DNA from: Thraustochytrium aureum
Taxonomy: Eukaryota
Assembly: GCA_012862495.1 (NCBI GenBank)
Contig: BLSG01000112.1
Location: forward strand, 1-47,014
DNA: 47,014 nt
Direction of reading: 5' to 3'
Position 1 is the stretch's first letter. Every line of letters begins with the position of its first letter. Below, in pieces: positions 12,001 through 24,231 of this stretch. The notes beneath the pieces are model-generated. The model searched no databases and had not been told where the DNA came from. It saw nothing but the letters and a program-made list of their open reading frames with translations. The position numbers were made by a program, and so were the translations under genes.

Positions 12001-14253
12001 GGGCTGTTCGAGCAGCACAAGATCCTGCTCTCGCTGCAGATCTGCATCAAGACCATGCAGCACGACAACAAGCTCCCGAAGGAGGAGCTTGACTTTTTCT
12101 TGCGCGGAGGCCAGGTGGTGGACAGGTCAGACCAGCGTCCCAACCCGGCCAAGGAGCTGCTTGACGCCGTGCAGTGGGATAACGTCACCGAACTTGACAA
12201 GCTAGGTGTATTCAACGGCCTCGCCTCGTCGTTTGAGCAGAACCGCCGCGAGTGGGCCAAGTGGATGCTGGCGCCTGCGCCAGAGCAAGAGTCGCTTCCC
12301 GGGGAGTGGGACAACAAGCTGACCGAGCTGCAGCGCATGCTGGTGGTGCGTGCCTTGCGCATGGACCGGTGCCTCAACTCGTGCATCAACTTTGTTTCCA
12401 ACAACATCGGCTCCGAGTTTGTGGACCCGCCCCCGTTCGACCTGAAGGCGGTGTTTGACTCGAGCTCGGCCTCGACGCCGCTGATCTTTGTCTTGAGCCC
12501 CGGCGTGGACCCCACCAAGCAGGTCTACTCGCTGGCCGAGCAGCTGGGGCGCAAGGTGGCCGACTGTAGTTTGGGGCAAGGCCAGGCGCCCATTGCGACG
12601 CGGCTGATCAACGAAGGCCTGGTGGAGGGCAGCTGGGTGTTTCTGGCGAACTGTCACTTGGCGGCCTCGTGGCTGCCTGCGCTCGAGAAGATCATCGAAG
12701 ACTATCGCGAGGCCAAGACGTACCACCGCAACTACCGGCTGTGGCTCAGCTCGAGCCCGACGCCAAAGTTCCCGCTGGCGATCCTGCAGATCTCGATCAA
12801 GCAGACCACGGAGCCCCCGCGCGGGCTGAAGGCCAACTTGGTTCGCCTGTACAACCTGATCTCGGAGGAGGACTTTGAGCGCTGCGAGAAGGGCGTCAAG
12901 TACCGCAAGCTGCTGTTTTGCTTGTCGTGGTTCCACGCCCTTTTGCTGGAGCGGCGCAAGTTCAAGTCGCTGGGCTGGAACATCCCGTACGACTTTAACG
13001 ACGCGGACTTTCTCATTTGCGAGAACATCATTTGCATGTACCTGGACGAGTACGACCAGACGCCGTGGGACGCGCTGCGGTACCTGATCTCGCAGGCCAA
13101 CTATGGCGGCCGCATCACGGACGACTGGGACCGCCGGCTGTGCAACTGCTACGTGGACCAGCTGTTTTGCGATGATGCCATTCTCACGGACAACTTTCGC
13201 GTCAGCGAGCTGGACACGTACTACATCCCCGACGACGGGGACAAGAAGGCGTACAAGGACTACGTTGTCAGTCTGCCGCTTGAGGACCACCCGGGGTGCT
13301 TTGGCCAGCATCCGAATGCCGACATTGCGAGTATGATGACCAACAGCCGCGACGTGCTCTCGGTGACGCTGAGCCTCCAACCCCGCGTGCTATCCGCAGA
13401 GGGGGAATCGGACGACGACAAAGTCCTGCAGATCACTCGTGACCTCTGCAAGAAGGTGCCCAAGGCGTTCGACGCCTACGAGGCCCGCCACACGGTCTCC
13501 TCACGGAGCGACCCGGCCCCGCTCAAGTCGTGCCTGCTGCAGGAGATTGACCGCTACAACATCTTGCTGCTTGCCATTGCCGAGTCGCTCCGGGGCCTGG
13601 AGTCGGGGATCCAGGGCTTTACGCTGATCACGGCCGAGCTGGAGGAGGTCTTTGACGCGCTGCTGAGCGGCCAGGTCCCGACTGCGTGGGGCAACTGCTA
13701 CCCGAGCGTCAAGCCGCTCGGGTCGTGGATCCGCGACTTGATGGAGCGCGTGGACTTTCTGACCGAGTGGCTGGAGAAAGGGCTGCCCAAGGTGTTTTGG
13801 CTCAGCGGGTTTACTTATCCGACGGGCTTCCTCACCGCGCTGCTGCAGACCACGGCGCGCCGGAACGGCGTCTCGATCGACTCGTTGTCCTGGGAGTTTC
13901 CCGTCCTGGCGGGGACCGAGATCAACGCGGTGGCGCAAGGCCCAAAGGAGGGCGCATACGTCTATGGGATGTTTGTGGAGGGCGCGCGCTGGAACCTGGA
14001 GGACAACTGCTTGACGGATGCCAACCCGATGGAGCTTGTTGCCGGGCTCCCGATCGTGCACTTTAAGCCCGTCGAGTCCAAGAAGAAGATCACGAAGAGC
14101 ACCTATGTGTGCCCGCTGTACCTCTACCCGGTTCGCACCGGTACGCGCGAGCGCCCGTCGTTTGTGGTCAGCGTGTTCCTGGACTCGGGTGCAGTCGAGT
14201 CCGACTACTGGGTCAAGCGCGGGACGGCCATGCTCCTCGCGACCAGCGAGTAG
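1..14253 (+). CDS. DNAH2: Axonemal dynein heavy chain, inner arm I1/f beta type (DNAH2 / Chlamydomonas DHC10-like); probably 5'-partial
   Basis: The frame is open from base 1. Model: 1..~1667, then a one-base frameshift, then ~1668..2306, intron 2307..2388, and 2389..14253 (TAG). Motifs seen: tail domain (GPLQEIQFW, IFAQVDAFVQRCRDLLEVC), FPRFYFLSNDDLLEILGQ, four P-loops (GPAGTGKT, GKTLSGKS, GETGTGKT, GVGGSGRQ), coiled-coil stalk/MTBD, and C-terminal YPVRTGTRERPSF...WVKRGTA. Subtype assigned from recalled DNAH2/DHC10 motifs. Confidence 0.93.
2307..2388 (+). other. Spliceosomal intron (82 nt, phase 0) in dynein gene
   Basis: GTGCGC...CCCAG. Removing it joins the 1776..2477 frame exactly to the 2056..14253 frame (..SGERT|AVPRIG..). 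Confidence 0.75.
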
Positions 14254-14442
14254 ACGCGGGGGAAGCGGGCGGCCTTCGATATTCCAATAAGAAAATCATT
14301 CAATTTCGCACGTTCGCGGGAAAGTTGGTTGGGTACGCGCGCGCCTTGGCCCGCCGGCCAACATCCACTGTAGTGCGTTTTCGCTGTGCTTGCTGTCCAC
14401 CTCATGTCGGATCTCTGCCGCAGCGAGAGCGAGCAGGCCTCG

Positions 14443-16081
14443 TCAGATGACCCCAGGGACAAAGACACAGGGCACCTTGGCCTTGTACTTGGGCCAGTCC
14501 TCGCCGTACTTTTCGCTGCAGGCGTGGTTGTCGCGGAACGCGCGGTGGACGAGGAGGATGAAAAAGTAGATGACGTAAAAGTAGGTCACGATGCAGCCGA
14601 AGCCCGTGGTCATGCACCAGGCCAGGCCCATGAGCCAGTCGCCAGTGTAGTTGATCTTGCGCGCCATGCCCCACCAGCCCGAAACGAGCAGCTTGCGGCC
14701 CGTCTTGGTGGTAAGCGTCTGCAAATGCGCCACCTCCTCGGAGTTGGGGTCGCGGCGAAAGGCATCCTTCTGCGAGTTGGAGCCGCGGAAAACGATGTAC
14801 CCAAGGATCTTGATCGCGCAGATGAGCGCGAGCATTGGCGTGGAGAGGTCGGGGCTGTTTTCCACGAGGTACCTGGCCTGCAGCGAGTAGGAGAAGGGGA
14901 CCCAGGCGAGGTCGCCAAAGGCCAGCATCCAGCCAAAACCGTCGCTGGTGATCTACGCGAGGCCCCCGTCCAATGTCAGCGCGATGCCTCTTCAAAACGA
15001 GCAGTCGAGCGAGCAGGANNNNNNNNNNNNNNNNNNNNNNNNNNNNNNNNNNNNNNNNNNNNNNNNNNNNNNNNNNNNNNNNNNNNNNNNNNNNNNNNNN
15101 NNNNNNNNNNNNNNNNNNNNNNNNNNNNNNNNNNNNNNNNNNNNNNNNNNNNNNNNNNNNNNNNNNNNNNNNNNNNNNNNNNNNNNNNNNNNNNNNNNNN
15201 NNNNNNNNATCGTCGTGAGGATCGCGCGCTCGTGGTACAGCGCGTCCCACACGTATAGGCCCTGGAACAGGTTGATGAGCACCATCTCGGGCGTGACGCG
15301 GCCGAGGGTCTCGTACTGCTTTGCCGCGCAGCCAGCGTTGAGAACAGCCCAGCCGATGAGCCCAGGGCGCAGCTCGCAAAACTCTTTGAGGTCAAAGTCC
15401 CCGATGCGCGGGTTGAGCTCGCGGCCGATGAAAAAGTCGTACACCGGGTTGCCCGTGTTGCCGCCCTTTGCGAGCAGCGCACCTCTCTTGAACGACTTGA
15501 TGTACAGGAATATTGAGAGGCTGCAGGAGAAGATGACTGCGCCCATGGCGAGCTGGATATAGTTGTCGTACAGCCAGGCCAGCGGGAGGGCGGTGAGCTT
15601 GACAAAGTTGCCAGAATCGGGCTCAAAATACCGGGACGCCGTAGTGGAGCACCAGCAGCGTGGCCCAGAACTGGAGGTGGCCGCTGATGCGGTACGGCAG
15701 GCGCTCGCCGGTCTCGAGCTTGACCCCGTACGCCTTTTCAAAGAACAGCGTCCGCTCCAGCAGAACATGGAAAACAAACCAGCCGCAGACCACCATGGCG
15801 GCCTTGGGGCTCCAGATCTCGTCCACGGAGGAGGGGATGTGGTCGAGGACCTCCGCTGCGTTGCCAAAGTTGAACTTGTACTCGCGAGAGGCGCCATAGA
15901 ACAAGAACAGGATGACGACGGGCAGCGCGAGCATGGTCCCTAGCGCGCCAGGCGGCCCGCCGAACTCGTACTCGACATGATGGGCCTCCTTGTGCTTGTC
16001 CTGGCCGGCCTTCTTGACCGCTGCGCCGTCCTTGCTCGCCGCGCCTTTGTCGCGGCGCTGCCGCACTTCGTTGGTGGCCAT
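14443..16081 (-). CDS. ERG24: Delta14-sterol reductase (ERG24/TM7SF2/LBR family)
   Basis: Starts MATNEVRQ..YEFGGPPGA. Motifs: GNPVYDFFIGRELNPRIGDFDLKEFCELRPGLIGW, DGFGWMLAFGDLAWVPFSYSLQARYL, LLVSGWWGMARKINYTGDW, KYGEDW. One-base frameshift near 15625. Last exon is 14443..14952, after an intron whose donor lies in gap 15019-15208. Confidence 0.93.
14953..15018 (-). other. 3' part of intron in sterol reductase gene (5' end in N-gap)
   Basis: Minus strand reads GCTGAC (branch-like)...CGCGTAG|ATC ACC AGC GAC. This restores the conserved (MD)ITSDGFG motif. Confidence 0.8.
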
Positions 16082-16100
16082 CTCGTCCGGGGCCGCGCTG

Positions 16101-16200
16101 GCTCGCTCGCTCGCTCCTCGACTCGCTCGCTCGCTCGCTCGCTCGCTCGCTGCCTCGCGGCGTTGCAGGTCTGCCCAGCGCCGGATCGATCGATCGATCG
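16101..16200. repeat. (GCTC)n microsatellite followed by (GATC)4, just upstream of the sterol reductase ATG
   Basis: Tandem tetranucleotide units are directly visible. Confidence 0.85.
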
Positions 16201-17185
16201 CTCTATCATCCGAGCCGCCTCCCTGAGCGAACAATCAAAAGGCGTTGACGCACTCCACGACTCTCATCACTGCGCGAAACGAAACGAAACGAGGCCTAGC
16301 CACCACCACCACCACCAGCAGCGCCTTCGTGCAGTTCGCTCACCATCCTCGTCACGGTGGTCGCGAGCAGACAAGTACCTCGAGTGCTCCGTGGGCCTTC
16401 TCATCTTCATCGAAGCGCTCTCCTACTCTGCTCAGGACNNNNNNNNNNNNNNNNNNNNNNNNNNNNNNNNNNNNNNNNNNNNNNNNNNNNNNNNNNNNNN
16501 NNNNNNNNNNNNNNNNNNNNNNNNNNNNNNNNNNNNNNNNNNNNNNNNNNNNNNNNNNNNNNNNNNNNNNNNNNNNNNNNNNNNNNNNNNNNNNNNNNNN
16601 NNNNNNNNNNNNNNNNNNNNNNNNNNNNNNNNNNNNNNNNNNNNNNNNNNNNNNNNNNNNNNNNNNNNNNNNNNNNNNNNNNNNNNNNNNNNNNNNNNNN
16701 NNNNNNNNNNNNNNNNNNNNNNNNNNNNNNNNNNNNNNNNNNNNNNNNNNNNNNNNNNNNNNNNNNNNNNNNNNNNNNNNNNNNNNNNNNNNNNNNNNNN
16801 NNNNNNNNNNNNNNNNNNNNNNNNNNNNNNNNNNNNNNNNNNNNNNNNNNNNNNNNNNNNNNNNNNNNNNNNNNNNNNNNNNNNNNNNNNNNNNNNNNNN
16901 NNNNNNNNNNNNNNNNNNNNNNNNNNNNNNNNNNNNNNNNNNNNNNNNNNNNNNNNNNNNNNNNNNNNNNNNNNNNNNNNNNNNNNNNNNNNNNNNNNNN
17001 NNNNNNNNNNNNNNNNNNNNNNNNNNNNNNNNNNNNNNNNNNNNNNNNNNNNNNNNNNNNNNNNNNNNNNNNNNNNNNNNNNNNNNNNNNNNNNNNNNNN
17101 NNNNNNNNNNNNNNNNNNNNNNNNNNNNNNNNNNNNNNNNNNNNNNNNNNNNNNNNNNNNNNNNNNNNNNNNNNNNNNNNNNNNN

Positions 17186-18193
17186 CTCGGCTGCAGGCGC
17201 AGGCAACCCGTCGGGTGGCGCGGAGAGCGACTCGGTGGATGCCAGGCAGGTCAAATGCGCGCCGGAGCCGACGTGCAAGTCATGCACCCGCTCCCTCGTC
17301 GCAAGGTCCCAAAAGGCGATCTCGCCAGTCGAAAGACCGGCGAGGACAGCCGTGCCCGAGTAGGCAAGCCCCCGAACGCGCGACTTGCAGTCGAGCTTGA
17401 AGAGCGCGTGCTGATCGAGCGGCTCGGGCGCGGCCGCGTCGAGCGGAAAGCAGTACACGATCTGGTCGTCGCAGCCCGCCGCGAGCAAGCCACCGCCGCA
17501 AAACCGTAGCGCGTTGATGCGCGACGGCAACCCGATGCTCTGAATCGGCTTGCCGGAAGTTTGGTTGACAGAGAAGAGCATCAGCGACTTGTCGTCGCCT
17601 ACAAGTGCAAAGAGGGTTCCGCAGGGCGACCACGTGGCCAGGCCAAGCTCGCGGCAGCCCTCGATGCGGTTGCGCGAGGCGGGGCGCGCAGTCTCCAAGT
17701 TCCACATGCGCAACGAGTTGTCGCGCGACGTGGAGAGCGCTACCTTGCCGCTGGGGTGCACCGCGACCGAGGTGACGGGCCCCGGCTTGTGGCCCTTCAG
17801 CGAGGCCACGCAGTTCCAGTCCCTGCACCTCCACAAGCAGAGCTTGCCGTCTTCTCCGCCGCTGAGGAGAAACTTGTTGCCGATGAAAGCCAGGCAGAGC
17901 ACGGTGCCAGTGTGCTCGATGAGCTCGCCGAGCTCCCGCCTTGTGCCGAGCTGGTAGACGCGCACGATTTCGTCCGTTCCGCCGGAGGCGAGGAGCTCGT
18001 TTCCGGGCTTTGCCATCTTGGTGGTGTTGTGGCTGGCAGTGTTGTTGCTGACGGCGAGGCACTTGGCGCAGGATTGGTGCGCCTTGTATGCAAACTCGAG
18101 CTTTAGCGCCGCTGCCGAGCCGTCCTGCGCCTCGCTTTCGCTGGGGCCCCACCCATGAATGCTCCCATCGTAGCAGGCTGCGACAACCTTCAT
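17186..18193 (-). CDS. PAK1IP1: WD40-repeat 60S biogenesis factor PAK1IP1/MAK11-like; 3' end in gap
   Basis: N-terminus MKVVAACYDGSIHGW resembles PAK1IP1. WD repeats: LASGGTDEIVRVY, LLSGGEDGKLCLW, VAVHPSGKVALSTSRDNSLRMWNL. Confidence 0.85.
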
Positions 18194-18928
18194 CCCGCCA
18201 CGCGTTGTTGTCCACGCGCGCACGCCTTCGCGACCAACCGAGATTGACTGACGGGGTGGGCAGCGACCGGCAGGCTGACCGGGAGAGCCCGACGTTGGCT
18301 CTGGCTGGTTGCCGCGCTCAAGAGGGCCGCAGGGCGCCTCGCGTCCGCTTGCTCGGCCGATCTCACGCGAGCGATGGGCAGTCGCGCTGAGCAATGAGTC
18401 GAGAATGGCCAAGTCAGCAGGAGGACAACGCTTGGAATCCGTGCGGCGACTCGAATGCGTTCCGCTCAGGCGCTGCTGGGCTGGTTTTTCGTTTTTGTCG
18501 TTTTGTTTTTGTCGTTGTTGGCGGTCGGTGTTGTTGNNNNNNNNNNNNNNNNNNNNNNNNNNNNNNNNNNNNNNNNNNNNNNNNNNNNNNNNNNNNNNNN
18601 NNNNNNNNNNNNNNNNNNNNNNNNNNNNNNNNNNNNNNNNNNNNNNNNNNNNNNNNNNNNNNNNNNNNNNNNNNNNNNNNNNNNNNNNNNNNNNNNNNNN
18701 NNNNNNNNNNNNNNNNNNNNNNNNNNNNNNNNNNNNNNNNNNNNNNNNNNNNNNNNNNNNNNNNNNNNNNNNNNNNNNNNNNNNNNNNNNNNNNNNNNNN
18801 NNNNNNNNNNNNNNNNNNNNNNNNNNNNNNNNNNNNNNNNNNNNNNNNNNNNNNNNNNNNNNNNNNNNNNNNNNNNNNNNNNNNNNNNNNNNNNNNNNNN
18901 NNNNNNNNNNNNNNNNNNNNNNNNNNNN

Positions 18929-21339
18929 AGACAAGGACGGGAAACACGAAAGACTGGAGCTGCAGCTCGCCGCCAAAGCCGTACTCGGGAAACTGGTCTA
19001 GGTAGACCCAGCACGCGAGGCCCGTTGTGAAAACCGCAAACAGCTGGCCGAAGCGCTGGACGACGTCCCCGAGGAAGGTGACGAGCGCGACCTGGGCGAT
19101 GTTCGAAGCCACTGTTACGAAAGCGCGCTTGGTGGAGGTGCAGAAAGGCTTGCCGTACATGGCCGACATGATGAAGGCGTTGCGGGTGACAAACTTGAGG
19201 AAGCGCTCGACGCAGGCCAGCAAGCACTGCAGGCCGCAAAAGTGATCTTGAAGGCTCGGCTCTTCTTCTCGAGCGAGGCCATCCGCCTCTCCGCGGCGGC
19301 GGCCATGTAGCGAATAAAGGCGATAAAGGCAAGCACCAGGCTGCCGAAGGCCACCGTGCCCAGATGGTAGCGCAGCGTCGTGTGGAACGAGCGAAGGATC
19401 GGGAACAAACTATGCCCTGTGGAGCCCTTGGCAACCTCGTCGGCCCAAAACCACTGCAGCACTGCTCCGGAAATGGTCATGACGGTGATACCGTTGAGGA
19501 AGTTGAGGATCCACAGCAGGCCGAAAAACATGTAGGCAACGAAGAGGTTGGAGTAGCTCCAAGCCCCAAAAGCCTTGACCTCAAGGATGGTCTCGTCTGC
19601 GCTCAGCGAGACGGTCTTGTTGAGCTGCTCCAACTTGAACTCGCCAGCGCTGGCCACGAACGCGGTGCAGTAGGCCCAGACCCCGATGACAGAGAAAAAG
19701 AAAACCATCGAGATGAAGGGCACGACCACAAGGAACATGTTTTTCCGGATCGCCTTGGAGGCCTCGCGGAAGATGTCCACAGCGCGCGAGATTTTCTCGA
19801 AGAGCACAAAGATGAGGATTACAAGTATGACAGAGAGCGCGGTGGACGCATACGCTGCGTAGGTGAACTCGGTGCCGTACTCGAGGCTGCTGGTGAACGC
19901 CGCGGGGAGCGTCGTGACGTTGACCGGCGGCAGCGCGATCGAAAAGTTGCCGTTCCCAGGCTGCAGAAGATCCTTCGAGGCCTCCGCAGCCGCCTTGGAG
20001 ACATCAGAGACGAGCGAGGCGAGGAAAGAGTAGGTGTCGCTGAGGAAGGTTTCGGCGATAATGCCAGCCTTAATGTAGCAGAACAACGTGAACGCGATCG
20101 ATGACAGCACGGTCAGGAAAACAGTTGCCCAGACAACCACGCCGACGCAGCACCAGAGCGAGACGATGAACAGGAGGCCAGTGCCGGAGGATACGCCAAG
20201 GCCGGAGAGCAGAATAGGCTTCCACGCCTTGACGAGGTCTCCAAAGTACGCCTGTACGACCACCGTGTACGTGTTGAACGTGTCGAAGAGCACGTTGGAG
20301 GCCGTCGGCTGCTCGCGCGTCACCTTGGTCACCTCTTTGTAAACGACGCACACCGATTTGACCTCGCCAGAAAACGTCGTCACGTTTTTGAACCGCGTGC
20401 ACCCGCTTTCGGGGAGCACCTCCGACTCGTAAAAGTACTCGGGCAGGCACCGAAAGAACACGCTCGTCGAGTCGATCACAGTCTCCCAGCACTGGGACCG
20501 AATCTTGTCGTCCGCGCAGTTTGCTCCGAAGGGCAAGGTCCCGTAGTATTCCGTCACGCAGCCCTGCAGGATCTGCTCGCGCGACTTGGTGTTGCCGCTG
20601 TCCGCGATGGCCTTGCTCACCAGCTGGTCGCCGCTCGTGGTGCAAACATAGTCGCCCGCCATGGGGCACTCGGCGACGCACACGCCGAAGAACAGGATGT
20701 CCTCGAGCCCGCTCTCGTCTTCGAGGTAGCCGGAGAGGAGGATGTCTTCGTTGGCGCGGGGGTAGGCGATGAACTTTTTGTCCGCAAAGTCGTCTACGCC
20801 GCACAGGTTGCCTTGGTGGTCGCTACCAAATACGAGCCGCTGGGGGTCGCCGTTCTGGATGCCCACGATGGAGAGGACGACCATACCTCCGAGGTAGGCG
20901 AAAAAGATGGCCAGCCACAACAGGTCGGTGCAGCTGCGCGCGCTGTTCGCCACCGGGATCAGGTCTTGCTCTGCCTCGTCCTGGTCCAGCNNNNNNNNNN
21001 NNNNNNNNNNNNNNNNNNNNNNNNNNNNNNNNNNNNNNNNNNNNNNNNNNNNNNNNNNNNNNNNNNNNNNNNNNNNNNNNNNNNNNNNNNNNNNNNNNNN
21101 NNNNNNNNNNNNNNNNNNNNNNNNNNNNNNNNNNNNNNNNNNNNNNNNNNNNNNNNNNNNNNNNNNNNNNNNNNNNNNNNNNNNNNNNNNNNNNNNNNNN
21201 NNNNNNNNNNNNNNNNNNNNNNNNNNNNNNNNNNNNNNNNNNNNNNNNNNNNNNCCTCGTCCTGGTCCAGCACGTAGATGTCCATCTTGCCCATGCTGGA
21301 GCGCGCCGTCAGGCTCTGCCCTTCCTCGCCAGCGCCCAT
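18929..21339 (-). CDS. Choline transporter-like protein (CTL/SLC44 family); 3' end in gap
   Basis: Motifs RSCTDLLWL, GDPQRLVFGSDHQGNLCG, CVAECP, RYHLGTVAFGSL, CVERFLKFVTRNAFI..A.YGKPFCTS, plus multiple TM helices. One-base frameshift at 19238-19241. Internal gap 20991-21254 appears closable. Confidence 0.92.
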
Positions 21340-23546
21340 CGTGGCGAGGTCGTCTGCCTGCCACCTCCGCGGACTCAATCGACCGACCTTTTCGGGCAGG
21401 TCCAGCTGCTGCTGCTCGGCTGCTTCGCGGCGCTCGCGTCGAGTCGAGGCGGCTGTGGTGTGGCACTGCTGCGGCCCAGTCCTTGGCTGCGCGATCTGGT
21501 GGAGGGTCTGCGCTCTGGTGATGTCTGGCCCCGTGGCTGCCTGGCAGTCTGTCTGTCCTGGGTTCGAGCTGGACACCAACGCAGAAGAGGGGTTGTTGGT
21601 ACCTACTCTACTCTGGACAGTAGAGCGAGAGTGAGCAGAGTGAGTACCTGCCCACTTGGCAATAACACCTCCTCGATCAAGGTCGCGTCAAGGTCAAGAT
21701 TGAGAGAATGCAAGCGACGAGGGTGAGGTAATCTGCTCGTACAACTTGAATACAACTTGAAGCGCGCAGCGCTCGCTCACTGCCTGAGCAGCCAGCCAGC
21801 CAGCCGCACCCGTCACGCTTCTTGTCGAAAGCAATCAGGAGCGGCGAAAAGCCAGCACCCTCCTGGAGAGCGGTGAGGGTGTGCGCTCGTCCTACCTCGA
21901 GGCGCCAGAGGAGTGGTACTTCGGCCTACCTGACTGCGCAGGTATCTCCGAGGTGCGTTGCTACGCTGCGAGCAGAATTCAGAATCCTCCGTGATGCAGC
22001 TTGCGCGGTGTGCGAAGTGAGAACTGGACCGCCACATGTGAGAGCAGCCTCGTCAGTAGTTGAACTGTTCAACTGCGATCTGAAACGATAAGAGCCAGCC
22101 TGACGAGAGCAACGGCAACGACCGGAATTCACACAGCGACAAGACAAGGATCAGGCAAGGTGGGTAGCGCCGCGGCGCTTCGCGACGCTGAAAACAGCAA
22201 CAAATTGCGGCTGACCAAGCGCTCTCTGGCGACGCCTTCCCGCCTTTCGCGCTTCAAGCCGCCGGTGGCTTGGGCTCGCTCGCCAGCGGCTCGTGCCTTT
22301 GTAGTCTCGTTTCAACAGCGCTAGGCGGCCATCTGTCGAGTTTTGCGTCATCTGGACACCTATGATTCGCATTTGGCTTCTGGTCCTTATGGGACTGGCC
22401 TGAGTCCACTCCGGCGAGCTGCCTGCGTGGCGAAGCGAGGCGTCTCTGTTGGTGCTGCTTGATACTCCATGTGATACCCGTCTTTCAGCGTAGCACTCTT
22501 GCGTAGGAATACCCAACCACATCGAGTACATCTATCAAGTCATCGCCTTAGGTGACTTGACCGCGTGAAGAAATTTGTTCAAAGTGCTGGAGAAGGACGA
22601 GACAAGCTCACCACGGGAGCACAAGACTAGTTAGAGCTGATGTGTGGATCACGCAGGTTGGCCAAACACTCGCGAGGGGCGGTTAGTCAAACCTTCAATG
22701 GAGTTCTCGAGAGGATTTGACGGCAAAGCCAGTGCTCGCGAGTCTGGACTGGAAACTATGCCAAGTGCCAAGCTGATTTGTAGCAGGTTTCGTCCACGAT
22801 GTGCTCGCCCTACCTTGGCGAGCCTCAGCTCGGCGACGAGGATCTTTGCGTCTCCTTCCCTCTCGAGCGATGCCTCTCGGCGCTACAAGCAGCTGGGTAT
22901 TACTCTTCCAGCTGCCCAGGGTGTTCGATACTTTGTCTACTCGCTCCTCCCGATCCTTTACTTCGTTCGGGGATTGTTTGGCTTTGCTTTCGCCGATTGC
23001 TGTCGTGAGAATGTTGTGACAATGAAAGGGAGTCACTGATGATTTACGACANNNNNNNNNNNNNNNNNNNNNNNNNNNNNNNNNNNNNNNNNNNNNNNNN
23101 NNNNNNNNNNNNNNNNNNNNNNNNNNNNNNNNNNNNNNNNNNNNNNNNNNNNNNNNNNNNNNNNNNNNNNNNNNNNNNNNNNNNNNNNNNNNNNNNNNNN
23201 NNNNNNNNNNNNNNNNNNNNNNNNNNNNNNNNNNNNNNNNNNNNNNNNNNNNNNNNNNNNNNNNNNNNNNNNNNNNNNNNNNNNNNNNNNNNNNNNNNNN
23301 NNNNNNNNNNNNNNNNNNNNNNNNNNNNNNNNNNNNNNNNNNNNNNNNNNNNNNNNNNNNNNNNNNNNNNNNNNNNNNNNNNNNNNNNNNNNNNNNNNNN
23401 NNNNNNNNNNNNNNNNNNNNNNNNNNNNNNNNNNNNNNNNNNNNNNNNNNNNNNNNNNNNNNNNNNNNNNNNNNNNNNNNNNNNNNNNNNNNNNNNNNNN
23501 NNNNNNNNNNNNNNNNNNNNNNNNNNNNNNNNNNNNNNNNNNNNNN

Positions 23547-24231
23547 GCTCCAAAGAGTGCCTGGTGAGAATCGTCTGGCGCTAGGAGCAACAGGATTGGT
23601 CACGCGTACGCATGGCGCATGCCGACTCCAGACGACTGTGGAGTATCAAGCCACGGGTGCTGCGAACGTGCCTCGAGGCGCGCGTTCGCTTCCAAGGGGT
23701 GTCGCGTGCTCCTTCAAACAAGTGGCCCCACGACCAGCTGCAATCGGGGTGGATATCACAACTTGCTCTAGAGGTTTCCTTCCTCCAGCAAGGCGCGAGG
23801 ACCAGAGATGCGCCAACAAAGGCGCTATCCACTTGAACGGCGCCATTTGCCCGCACGAGAGTAACCCGCAGGTCTCGAAGCTCGTGAACTTGGCAATGAT
23901 GGCCGATGAACGAGAGGCTGTTGGGCACAAAGAAAGCAGAGAGACAACGGGATTCAAGAAGGCCAACAAGTGGATCAAGTGGCACGTGATCAAGCGCGAC
24001 AACGAACTGGTGCTGATCCAGGAATCAGAATTGGCACAGCGAAAACATGATTCTGCCACGCCGACGCTGAAACGAAGGGCTGCCGCTGGCGAGACCTCTC
24101 TTTCCAGTGAATACATCAACGTGCAGCAGGGGAGGGGACCGAGCGCTTTGGATGTCCGACTCGTGTTTCCAGCAACACTGTCCTGGGACACACCGCCATC
24201 CCGCTTGCTTGCTGAAAACGCAAATCTCTAG
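23547..24231 (+). mobile_element. Possible highly degenerate Ty1/copia RT-RNase H remnant
   Basis: Weak but correctly ordered motif echoes: VTRTH (TRPD-like), EDQRCANKGAIHLNGAICPHESNPQ (DRRS..G....LNG..I.W.S..Q-like), KKANKWIKWHVIK (KHI..K.HF-like). Composition is less GC-rich than flanking genes. No LTR pair seen. Confidence 0.3.

Noticed and set aside
2737..13380. Long antisense ORFs (504, 800, 506, 598, 392 aa) opposite dynein
   Set aside because: These are shadow ORFs produced by strong GC3 codon bias on the sense strand and show no protein motifs.
15622..15631. 10-nt GT...AG micro-intron that would fix the ERG24 frame
   Set aside because: Shorter than any established spliceosomal intron. 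The well-supported introns here are 82-157 nt.
16350..16438. Possible coding fragment (KYLECSVGLLIFIEALSYSAQD) abutting a gap
   Set aside because: Too short to assign strand, frame or family.
15977..17509. ORFs that read through N-runs (here and at the other gaps)
   Set aside because: Their length is an artefact of translating Ns as X.
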